Assembly: GCA_019636245.1 (NCBI GenBank)
Contig: JAHBXX010000001.1
Span: 73,859 to 137,858, forward strand
Source: Planctomycetota bacterium
GTDB taxonomy: Bacteria > Planctomycetota > UBA1135 > UBA2386
Direction: 5' to 3'
Length of the DNA: 64,000 bases
Shown here: piece after piece, positions 20,811 to 28,523 of the stretch
Position numbering within the stretch: position 1 is the stretch's first letter
Layout: each line of letters opens with the position of its first letter
Program-made: the position numbers and the translations under genes
Notes under the pieces: model-generated
Database searches by the model: none
Seen by the model: the letters and a program-made list of their open reading frames with translations, nothing else
What the model was told of the DNA's origin: nothing

Positions 20811-21784
20811 CCGCGGACGCGGCCGCGCCGCCGGCGATCGAACTGCGCGGCCTGCGCAAGGTCTACCGGCGCGGCGGCAAGCAGACCGTCGCCGTCGACG
20901 GCCTGGACCTCACGGTGCGCCGCGGCGAGGTGTTCGGTCTGCTGGGACCCAACGGGGCCGGCAAGACCACCACGGTCGAGATCTGCGAGGGCCTGCTGGC
21001 CCCGGATGCCGGCGAGGTGCGCATCCTCGGCCGGCAGTGGGGCCGCGGCGACGACCAGTCCCTGCGGCAGCGACTCGGCGTCTGCCTGCAGGAGACGAAG
21101 TTCCACGACAAGGCGACGGTGCGCGAGACCCTGCAGCTGTTCGCGGCGTTCTACCCCGGCGGCCGTTCGGTCGACGAGGCGCTGGCGCTGGTGTCGCTGC
21201 AGGAGAAGGCGACGGCGCGGCAGGCGGCGCTGTCGGGCGGCCAGCGGCAGCGGCTCGCCGTGGCGACGGCGCTGCTCGGCCGCCCGGAACTGCTGTTCCT
21301 CGACGAGCCGACGACCGGACTGGACCCGCAGTCGCGGCGGCAGCTGTGGGAGGTGGTGCGTCGCTTCCAGCGCGAGGGCGGCACCGTGGTGCTGACGACC
21401 CACTACATGGACGAGGCGCAGCAGCTCTGCGACCGAATCGCCATCGTCGACCACGGCACGGTGATCGCGCGCGGCACGCCGGCCGAACTGATCCGCTCGC
21501 TGGGCGCCGAGCACTTCCTGCACCTCGACCTCGAGCCGGCGGCGGCGCGCGAGCTGCTCGCGGCCGGCGACCTGGAGCGGCTGCCGGAGGTGCAGGCCCT
21601 GCAGGCCGACGGCGGACGCGTCGTGCTGACCGTCGCCTCGATCCACCGGGTGCTGCCGGCGGTGCTCGACCTGCTGACCGGGCGCGGCGTGGTGCTGCGC
21701 GACCTGGCGACGCGCCACGCCACCCTCGAGGACGTGTTCGTGCACCTGACCGGCCGCCACCTGCGCGACGAGGGCGCCGCATGA
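20807..21784 (+). CDS. ABC transporter ATP-binding protein (ABC-2/DrrA-like)
   Basis: ATGA overlap with the upstream stop. Walker A (GPNGAGKTT), signature (LSGGQRQRL), Walker B (LLFLDEPTTGLD). Confidence 0.93.
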   Translation: MTADAAAPPAIELRGLRKVYRRGGKQTVAVDGLDLTVRRGEVFGLLGPNGAGKTTTVEICEGLLAPDAGEVRILGRQWGRGDDQSLRQRLGVCLQETKFHDKATVRETLQLFAAFYPGGRSVDEALALVSLQEKATARQAALSGGQRQRLAVATALLGRPELLFLDEPTTGLDPQSRRQLWEVVRRFQREGGTVVLTTHYMDEAQQLCDRIAIVDHGTVIARGTPAELIRSLGAEHFLHLDLEPAAARELLAAGDLERLPEVQALQADGGRVVLTVASIHRVLPAVLDLLTGRGVVLRDLATRHATLEDVFVHLTGRHLRDEGAA

Positions 21785-22812
21785 AGCCGCGCATCGTGCG
21801 GGCGATCGCGGCGGTCACGTTCCGCGAGTTCTGGCGCAGCCCCGACGCGGTGTTCTGGACCTACGGCTTCCCGCTGCTGATGGCGCTGGTGCTCGGCTAC
21901 GCGTTCCAGACCCCGTCGCCACAGCCGTTGCCGGTCGCGGTGGTGGCGTCGGCCGAGGCCGAGGCGATCGTGGCCAGGCTGCAGCGGGACCCGCGGCTGC
22001 GCCCGGAGGTGCTGGCGGCGGACGCCGCCGACCGGTCGTTGGCGCGCGGCCGCACGGCGCTGCTGGTGCGCCCCACGGCCCAGGGGCCGGTGCTGCGCAG
22101 CGACCCGACGCGGCCCGACGCGGAACTGGCGCGGCTCCTGGTCGAACGCGCGCTGCGGCCGGCGGGCGCCGAGTCGCAGCCGGCGCTGGTCGGCGAGGTC
22201 GAGGACCGCCCCGGCTCGCGCTACATCGACTTCCTGATCCCGGGCCTGATCGGCCTCAACCTGCTGGGCGCCGGCATGTGGGGCATCGGCTTCAACCTCG
22301 TGCACCTGCGCACCCAGCGGCTGCTGCGGCGGCTGGTCGTCACGCCGATGCGGCCGCGCGAGTTCCTGCTCGGCTTCCTGCTCGGCCGCGGCGTGCTGGT
22401 CGTGCCGGAGGCGATCGCGATCGCGCTGTTCGGCGCGCTGGTGTGGGGCGTGCCCTTCCGCGGCAGCCTGCTCGCGTTCGCCCTGCTGGTGCTCGCCGGC
22501 GGCTTCGCCTTCATGGGGCTCGGCTGCCTCCTGGCGGCGCGACCGCGCACGATCGAGGCGATCGCCGGCCTGACGAACCTCTGCCAGCTGCCGATGTGGC
22601 TGCTCGGCGGCGTGTTCTTCAGCAACGAGCGCTTCGACGGCGCCCTGCAGTGGCTGGTCGAGGCGGTGCCGCTGACGCACCTGAACGGCGCGCTGCGCGA
22701 CGTGATGCTCGAGCCGGCCGGCCTGATCGACGTCGCGGCGCCGCTCGGCGGCCTGGTCGCGTTCGGCGCGCTGTGCTTCGTGCTGGCCGTGCGCTGGTTC
22801 CGCTGGACCTGA
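21781..22812 (+). CDS. ABC-2 type transporter permease
   Basis: ATGA overlap with the ATPase gene. One N-terminal TM, a large loop, then five further hydrophobic segments, which is typical ABC-2 topology. Confidence 0.85.
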   Translation: MKPRIVRAIAAVTFREFWRSPDAVFWTYGFPLLMALVLGYAFQTPSPQPLPVAVVASAEAEAIVARLQRDPRLRPEVLAADAADRSLARGRTALLVRPTAQGPVLRSDPTRPDAELARLLVERALRPAGAESQPALVGEVEDRPGSRYIDFLIPGLIGLNLLGAGMWGIGFNLVHLRTQRLLRRLVVTPMRPREFLLGFLLGRGVLVVPEAIAIALFGALVWGVPFRGSLLAFALLVLAGGFAFMGLGCLLAARPRTIEAIAGLTNLCQLPMWLLGGVFFSNERFDGALQWLVEAVPLTHLNGALRDVMLEPAGLIDVAAPLGGLVAFGALCFVLAVRWFRWT

Positions 22813-22818
22813 GCGGTT

Positions 22819-24396
22819 TCAGTCGACGACGCGCAGCACCGGGTGGTGCGCGCCGAGGTCGGCGTCGAAGAAGTTCCAGGTCGTCAGTGAATCCTCGCTC
22901 TCGGGCTCGAGCAGCGTCGCGGCCAGGCGCGCGAGCGGCTGCCGGGCGTCGATCCACAGGGTGCCGGCCGGCAGGTCGACCGCCTCGGCCGCGAGCCAGT
23001 CGCCTTCGAGCACCAGCTCCTGATGGCCCTGGAACGGGCGCTTGGGCCGCCGCTGCTTCGCCACCGCGAAGCGCTGCGCGCGCGCCGGCTGCGCCGCCGC
23101 CAGCGTGGTCGCCTGCACGCCGTGCCAATCCAGCCGCTCGCGCACCGCGGCGGGGGGCGAGGGGATCGCCCAGGCGGCCGGCAGCTCGCGGTGGCGCCCG
23201 GCCGCGAACGCGCGCACGACCGGCATGCGCTCGGGCACGCCGTCGCCGCGCCGCTGCAGGCGCAGCGGCCGGCCGTCGCGCGGTTCGATGCGTTCGACCG
23301 CGCCGACCAGCACGTCGAGCGGCTCGGCGGCCGCGAACGTGGTCGCGAAGCCGAACGCCACCGCGGCGTCGCGCTGCACCAGCCGGCGGTCGGCGGCGGC
23401 GCACGCGCGTTCGCAGTCGTCGCGCAGCGCCGCCAGCGCCTCGACCAGGCACAGCACGAACGCGCGCGTCGCCGCGATCCTGGTCGCGAAGTCGCAGTAG
23501 CTGTAGGCCTCCGCGAGCACCGCCAGCCGGTTGCGCAGGCCGTGGTAGTTGACGCCGTAGCGGGCGCGGTGGTCGTAGGTGTACCAGCCGCGCACGGAGG
23601 CCCCCGACTCCGGCGCGCCACCGCCGTCCCGGTCCCGCGTCTCGAAGTTGCCGTAGTCGAAGGTCGCGAAGCCGTGCCGATCGCGCATCGCCGCCTGGGC
23701 GCGGTCGAGCAGCGCGCGGTTGACTTGCGCCAGCTGCGCGTCGACGTTCGGCGACAGGCTCGGGGCGTAGGTCAGGTGGTAGCCGTGGTGCGAGCCGTTG
23801 GTCGTGTGCAGGTCGACGAACAGGTGCGGATCGAGCTCGCGGAACAGGGCCAGCAGCGCCCGCGTCTCCGGCGCCTCGGCCTTGACGAAGTCGCGGTTGA
23901 GGTCGAGACCCTGGCCGTTGCTGCGCTCGCCGACCGCGTCGGGCCCGTTCTGGCCCGGGCGGTTGCCGACGGCGATCGCCTCGTTGCCGTCGACGTTGTA
24001 GATCGGCACCAGGCACAGCTCGACCTGCCGCAGCAGCTCGGTGTGCTCGCCGAGCGCGAACTCGCGCACCAGCTGTTGCAGGGCCTCCTTGCCCTCGATC
24101 TCCCCGCCATGGATGGCGCCGATCACCAGCACCCGCAGGCGGGGCGCAGGCGCCGCCTCGCGCAGCGCCACGTGCACGAGCTGCAGCTCGCGATCCTGGT
24201 GCGAGGCCCGGCGCTCGAGGCGCAGGCGGTCGCCGTGCGGCAGTGCGGCGGCGGCGCGGCAGAAGCGCTCGACGTCGGCCGCGCGGGAGGTGGCCGCGTG
24301 GGCGCTCGACTCGGCCACGGTCTGCGGGAGCGGCGGCGGCAGCGGCGGCGGGGGCGACTGCGGCGCCAGCAACAGACCGAGCAGCACCGACGGCAT
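22819..24396 (-). CDS. M14-family zinc carboxypeptidase (secreted)
   Basis: ATG 24396. HxxE zinc motif (IHGGEIEG), NVDGNE, NRDF, and the third ligand context (FVDLHTTNG). The upstream part of track ORF 22819..25152 is shadow. Confidence 0.85.
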   Translation of the reverse strand: MPSVLLGLLLAPQSPPPPLPPPLPQTVAESSAHAATSRAADVERFCRAAAALPHGDRLRLERRASHQDRELQLVHVALREAAPAPRLRVLVIGAIHGGEIEGKEALQQLVREFALGEHTELLRQVELCLVPIYNVDGNEAIAVGNRPGQNGPDAVGERSNGQGLDLNRDFVKAEAPETRALLALFRELDPHLFVDLHTTNGSHHGYHLTYAPSLSPNVDAQLAQVNRALLDRAQAAMRDRHGFATFDYGNFETRDRDGGGAPESGASVRGWYTYDHRARYGVNYHGLRNRLAVLAEAYSYCDFATRIAATRAFVLCLVEALAALRDDCERACAAADRRLVQRDAAVAFGFATTFAAAEPLDVLVGAVERIEPRDGRPLRLQRRGDGVPERMPVVRAFAAGRHRELPAAWAIPSPPAAVRERLDWHGVQATTLAAAQPARAQRFAVAKQRRPKRPFQGHQELVLEGDWLAAEAVDLPAGTLWIDARQPLARLAATLLEPESEDSLTTWNFFDADLGAHHPVLRVVD

Positions 24397-24406
24397 CGGC
24401 GCCCGG

Positions 24407-25309
24407 TCACTGGCCGATGGCCGGCGGCGCCTGGCTGACGGTCGCGGTCGGCGCGGTCCGTGGGCCCAAGGCCGTGCCGTGCCGCGGCGGTCGCACCGCC
24501 GCCGGCAGCTCCGACGGCGCGAGCGCACCATCCCCATCGCGATCGAGCGCCCGCAGCAGGTGCGGCGCCCAGCGCACCAGCGCCGGATCCAGCCGGCGCA
24601 GCAAGGCGGCGAGTTCGCTGGCCTCGAGGCGACCGTTGCCGTCGGCATCGGCGGATTGCCACGGCGGCGGCAGCGTGCTGGCGCCGGCCATCGCCTCCTT
24701 GCCGACCCCGGGCACCAGGCTGCGCACCAGCTCGAACCACGGCGCCAGCTCGGCCTCCTCGATGCGCCCCGAGCGATCGAGGTCGAGCGCGCGCAGCTGG
24801 GTGGCGATCGGCGGCGGCAGGCTGGCCGCGCGCACCATCGCCTCGACCTCGTCGGCGTCGAGGCCGCCGTTGCCGTTCTTGTCGAAGAGGCGCAGGAAGG
24901 CCTGCAGCGGCGAGGCCGGGCGCGCCTCCTGCCGCTCCGGGGCCGACTCGACCAGCTGCCGGCACGGCCGGACGTGGAACGGGTCGCCGCGCTGCACCAC
25001 GGTCCAGAAGTAGCGGTCGAACTCCGGCCAGGACACGAAGCCGTCCCGGTCGAGGTCGAGGCGCTGGAAGCCCTGGCTGTCGCGCGGCGAGTCGATGCAG
25101 TCGAGCGCGTCGGCGGCCTCGAACACGTCGAGGCGGTCGTCGCTGTCGGCATCGCACGCGGCGAACAGGTCGCGGCTCACCGACTCCGAGTAGGAGGGCA
25201 CGCCGCCGCGGGGCGCCCGCGGCGCCGCGCGCCCGGCGTCCTGCGCCAGGCCAGGCGGCGCGGCCGCGAGCACGGCCACGGCCAGGGCGGATCGGAGTCG
25301 GAGAGACAT
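24407..25309 (-). CDS. Secreted calcium-binding protein with six EF-hand loops
   Basis: The signal peptide ends ...PPGLA|QDAG. Loops: DADSDDRLDVFE, DLDRDGFVSWPE, DKNGNGGLDADE, DLDRSGRIEEAE, DADGNGRLEASE, DRDGDGALAPSE. Confidence 0.85.
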   Translation of the reverse strand: MSLRLRSALAVAVLAAAPPGLAQDAGRAAPRAPRGGVPSYSESVSRDLFAACDADSDDRLDVFEAADALDCIDSPRDSQGFQRLDLDRDGFVSWPEFDRYFWTVVQRGDPFHVRPCRQLVESAPERQEARPASPLQAFLRLFDKNGNGGLDADEVEAMVRAASLPPPIATQLRALDLDRSGRIEEAELAPWFELVRSLVPGVGKEAMAGASTLPPPWQSADADGNGRLEASELAALLRRLDPALVRWAPHLLRALDRDGDGALAPSELPAAVRPPRHGTALGPRTAPTATVSQAPPAIGQ

Positions 25310-25469
25310 CGGGGAGGATCTGGCGAAGACCGGCCGGCGAGGCCCGGATGGTCGGGTTCTTCGGCGGGCGCGGGCCTCGACTATAGCGTCCGCCGCCGGC
25401 GTGGCCGGGTGCTGCCCCGGCGGGCCCTGGCGAGGTCCGGTGCCGCGGCGGGCCCAGGCGGCGTCGGGG

Positions 25470-26273
25470 TCACGGCACGAACAGGCAATCGCGACCCAGG
25501 CGCCGCACCCCGGCGGCCGGGTCAGCCTGCAGTCCGGCCAGTTCGACCGTATGGCCGCCCTGCCGCAGGGCCTGGGCGAGCGCGAGGATCGCGGGGGTCG
25601 CCGGGGCCAGCACCAGGCAGCCGGCGCCGGCCAGCAGTTCGCAGGCCTTGGCCGCGAACTGGACGCCGGCGGCGAACCCGCCGTCGGCCGGCAGCGGTTC
25701 GAAGCCGCTCGGCGCCTTGGCATCGCCGGCCACGGCGGCCACGGCGCGGGCCACCGACCGCTGCTGGGCGATGCCGTTGCGCAGCTTGTGCTGGGCCAGC
25801 TCGGCGCCCTGGCGGTGGGCTTCCTCGCGCAGGGCCGCCAGGTCCACGAGCACGGCCACGCGGGTCGCTGCGGCCGGCCGCGCCGGCCCGGCCGGAGCGG
25901 GCACCGGCGCGGCGCGGCCGGCTCCGGTGGGCAGCGGGGGTTCGGCGGCGGCCGGGGAGCGCGGTGCGGCCGGCGGCGCCTGCCGTGGCGGGTGGTGGGG
26001 GCGGGCCGCCGGCTCGTCGCCGCGCCGATCGGGGTACGGGCGGCCATGCTGCCGCGACGGTGCCTGCGGCGGTCGTTCGTCGTCTCGGCGGTCGGCCTCG
26101 CGTCGCGCGCGGTCGGGACGCTCGGTCGCGTGGCGTCGGGGCGCCGGTGCGGGCGGCGCGGCCGCCGGAGCCGGCGGCGGCGCCGGCGCGGGGGCGGGCA
26201 CCGGGGCCTTCGGCCGCCGGGGCGGCGGCGGAGAATCGTCGGGGCCGAAGATGTTCGCGCCGAAATCGCTCAT
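25470..26273 (-). CDS. Hypothetical protein: Pro/Ala/Arg-rich N-terminal half plus NYN/LabA-like C-terminal domain (tentative)
   Basis: ATG 26273 (MSDFGANIFGPDD). The C-terminal roughly 130 aa (RVAVLVDLAAL...CLVLAPATPAILALAQALRQGGHTVELAG) resembles the NYN/LabA fold pattern but lacks the usual acidic residues. The low-complexity N-terminus makes the call weaker. Confidence 0.5.
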   Translation of the reverse strand: MSDFGANIFGPDDSPPPPRRPKAPVPAPAPAPPPAPAAAPPAPAPRRHATERPDRARREADRRDDERPPQAPSRQHGRPYPDRRGDEPAARPHHPPRQAPPAAPRSPAAAEPPLPTGAGRAAPVPAPAGPARPAAATRVAVLVDLAALREEAHRQGAELAQHKLRNGIAQQRSVARAVAAVAGDAKAPSGFEPLPADGGFAAGVQFAAKACELLAGAGCLVLAPATPAILALAQALRQGGHTVELAGLQADPAAGVRRLGRDCLFVP

Positions 26274-26465
26274 CGCCGCAGACGGTAGCAAACGCCGACG
26301 CAAGCCACCACGGCGTCGGGTTTTTGCGCCTCCGGGCTTGTCGTCGGACCGGCCGGCGGCTTGCATCTCGCCCCGACAGCCCCCTTTCGAATCCCCGACC
26401 GCTGCCGCGCCGGGTCCAGGACGGACCGGTGTCCGGGAGCCGCGGTCCCGACCGAGGAATCACGA

Positions 26466-26885
26466 GTGAACGTTCGCCACGCTCTCCTGTCCCTCTCCGC
26501 CCTGGCCGCGACCACGCTCGCTTCGTGCGGCACCCTGAACCGCGCCGGCAAGGATCTGATGCTCGGCGTCGGCACGCCGGTGCTGATGGTCTACGGCGGG
26601 GCGACCGACGGCTACACCTCGGCGAAGTCCGCCCGCACCGGCCTGGAGAGCGGGCCGGTGATCGAGGTGCTGGCGTTCCCCTTCACCTTCCTGTTCCACG
26701 CCATCGAGCACGGCGTCTACGGCATCATCCACCTGATCGACTTCCCGCTGTGCCTGTTCTACGGCGCCGCGGAGTTGCACCCGTACGGCCCGGACATCAA
26801 GCCGCTCGACTTCTACCAGGGCACCTGGTTCGACTCGTGGGCCAAGAGCGGGACCGACGCCGAGAGCGGCGAAGCGTCGCGCTGA
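26466..26885 (+). CDS. Small lipoprotein, YceK-like (DUF1375-like), tentative
   Basis: GAGGA lies 7 nt upstream of GTG 26466. Lipobox (TTLASC). The segment VLAFPFTFLFHAIEHGVYGIIHLIDFPL...PYGP recalls YceK-type lipoproteins. Confidence 0.65.
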   Translation: MNVRHALLSLSALAATTLASCGTLNRAGKDLMLGVGTPVLMVYGGATDGYTSAKSARTGLESGPVIEVLAFPFTFLFHAIEHGVYGIIHLIDFPLCLFYGAAELHPYGPDIKPLDFYQGTWFDSWAKSGTDAESGEASR

Positions 26886-26925
26886 GAGCGGACGCGCCCG
26901 AGCGCCCGGCTGCGTCGGGGCCCGC

Positions 26926-27789
26926 TCAGCGGCGCCCGGCCGGTTCGTCCTGCAGCAGGCGTTCGGCGTAGAGGGGCAGCCGCTGCACCAGGGCCCATGC
27001 GGCCGCGGGGTCGACCGCCGCGCGCTGGTCGATCGCAGCGGCGAGGTCGCGCAGCAGCGCGGCCTGCGGCGGCGGCAGCTCCTCGTCGCGCAACGCCGCG
27101 TCCAGGTTGCGTCGCACGCGCGCGAGGCCGGTCGCCAGGTCGCCGGCGACCACCGGCGGCCGCCAGTCGGCGAAGTAGAGCGTGCGCAGCGCGTCGGCCT
27201 GGGCCGTCTCGCCCTGCAGCTCGGCGCGCAGGATGTCGGCGGCGTAGACGCGCTCGCTGGCGCGCGCCACGTCGGCGCTGCGGCCGCGGCTGTTCGCCGT
27301 CGCCATGCGCTGGCGCCAGCGGTCGCGCAGGCTCGGCCCGACCTGTCGCATGATCCAGTCCTCGGCGGCCGCCACCACGGGACGCAGCGGCGGCAGATGG
27401 CCGGCCTCGGTGGCCAGCGCCGGCAGCACCGTCCTGGGCTCGCCCCGGACGCGGGCCAGCAGTTCGGTGGCGGGCAGGCGGGCCGCGGCCGCGGCGAACG
27501 CGGCGCGCAACGGCGGCGGCGCGTCGGCCAGGTCGCTCGCCGGCGCCGGCACGACCTGCAGCCGCGCGAGTTCACAGAGCCGCGCCGCCGCCACCCAGCG
27601 TTCGAGGTGGCCCGGTCGGGTGTCCGCGGCGACCTGCCGGTAGCCGGCGGCGGCAGCTGCCGGATCGAGGTCGAGGACTTCCCGCAGCCAGGCGTCGTGC
27701 AGCGTCGTCGCCGCCGGGTCCTGGCCCGGCATGGCGACGGCCAGGAGCCCCGTGGCCAGCCACCGGAGCACCGTGGAGCGAGCGCTCAC
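26926..27789 (-). CDS. Hypothetical secreted protein, translationally coupled to the response regulator
   Basis: The GTG start overlaps the regulator stop (GTGA). The signal peptide ends ...LLAVAMPG|QDPA. No recognisable domain. Confidence 0.6.
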   Translation of the reverse strand: MSARSTVLRWLATGLLAVAMPGQDPAATTLHDAWLREVLDLDPAAAAAGYRQVAADTRPGHLERWVAAARLCELARLQVVPAPASDLADAPPPLRAAFAAAAARLPATELLARVRGEPRTVLPALATEAGHLPPLRPVVAAAEDWIMRQVGPSLRDRWRQRMATANSRGRSADVARASERVYAADILRAELQGETAQADALRTLYFADWRPPVVAGDLATGLARVRRNLDAALRDEELPPPQAALLRDLAAAIDQRAAVDPAAAWALVQRLPLYAERLLQDEPAGRR

Positions 27790-28523
27790 GACGGCTCCCG
27801 CAGCGGCGACTCGAACCGGTAGCCGAGGCCGTGCACCGTGACCACGTGCACCGGGTTCTCGACGTCGCGTTCGATCTTCTTGCGCAACCGCGCGATGTGG
27901 TTGTCGACCGTGCGCGTGGTCGGCAGGTGCACGTAGCCCCAGACCTTGCGCAGCAGATCCTGGCGGCTGACCACCTCGCCGCGGTGCTCGACGAGCATGC
28001 GCAGGATCTCGGCCTCGTAGCGCGACAGCTGGGTCTCGACGCCGTCGCGCAGCACCGAGAAGCGCCGCCAGTCGATCGTCAGGTCCGGGAACTGCATCAC
28101 GCCTGCCACGGCGGGCCGGTCGCCGGCCGCGGCCTTGGCGCCGGTCTGGGTGCGGCGCAGCACCGCGCGGATGCGGGCCGTCAGTTCACCGAGACCGAAC
28201 GGCTTGGTCAGGTAGTCGTCGGCGCCGAGCTCGAGCCCCTGCACCTTGTCGCGGTCCTGGCCCTTGGCGGAGACGATGATGATCGGCATCTCGTGGCCGG
28301 TCTCGCGCAGGTGCCGCAGCACCTCGAGCCCGCTCATGCCGGGCAGCATCAGGTCGAGCAGCACCAGCGCCGGATGGCCGTCGCGGGCCTTGCGCAGGCC
28401 CTCGCGGCCATCGGCGGCCGTGTCGACCTTGTAGCCCTCGAGTTCGAGGTTGTGCTGCAGGCCGCGGCGCAGGTCCGGTTCGTCCTCGACGACGAGGATG
28501 TGGGAGTCGGCGAGCTGGTTCAT
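27786..28523 (-). CDS. OmpR/PhoB-family response regulator
   Basis: REC segment (HILVVEDEPDLRRGL...LVLLDLMLPGMSG...DDYLTKPF) and a winged-helix C-terminus (TRTVDNHIARLRKKIE...VHGLGYRF). Confidence 0.93.
   Translation of the reverse strand: MNQLADSHILVVEDEPDLRRGLQHNLELEGYKVDTAADGREGLRKARDGHPALVLLDLMLPGMSGLEVLRHLRETGHEMPIIIVSAKGQDRDKVQGLELGADDYLTKPFGLGELTARIRAVLRRTQTGAKAAAGDRPAVAGVMQFPDLTIDWRRFSVLRDGVETQLSRYEAEILRMLVEHRGEVVSRQDLLRKVWGYVHLPTTRTVDNHIARLRKKIERDVENPVHVVTVHGLGYRFESPLREPS

Noticed and set aside
25380-25385. TATAGT on the minus strand, considered as a -10 box for the EF-hand gene.
   Set aside because: There is no acceptable -35 at 16-19 nt (CCGGCC). A single hexamer match is not enough evidence.
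26295-26325. Hairpin (CCGACG...CGTCGG) followed by T5 on the plus strand, resembling an intrinsic terminator or attenuator.
   Set aside because: The stem is only 6 bp with a 13-nt loop. It lies in a divergent promoter region with no upstream plus-strand gene to terminate.
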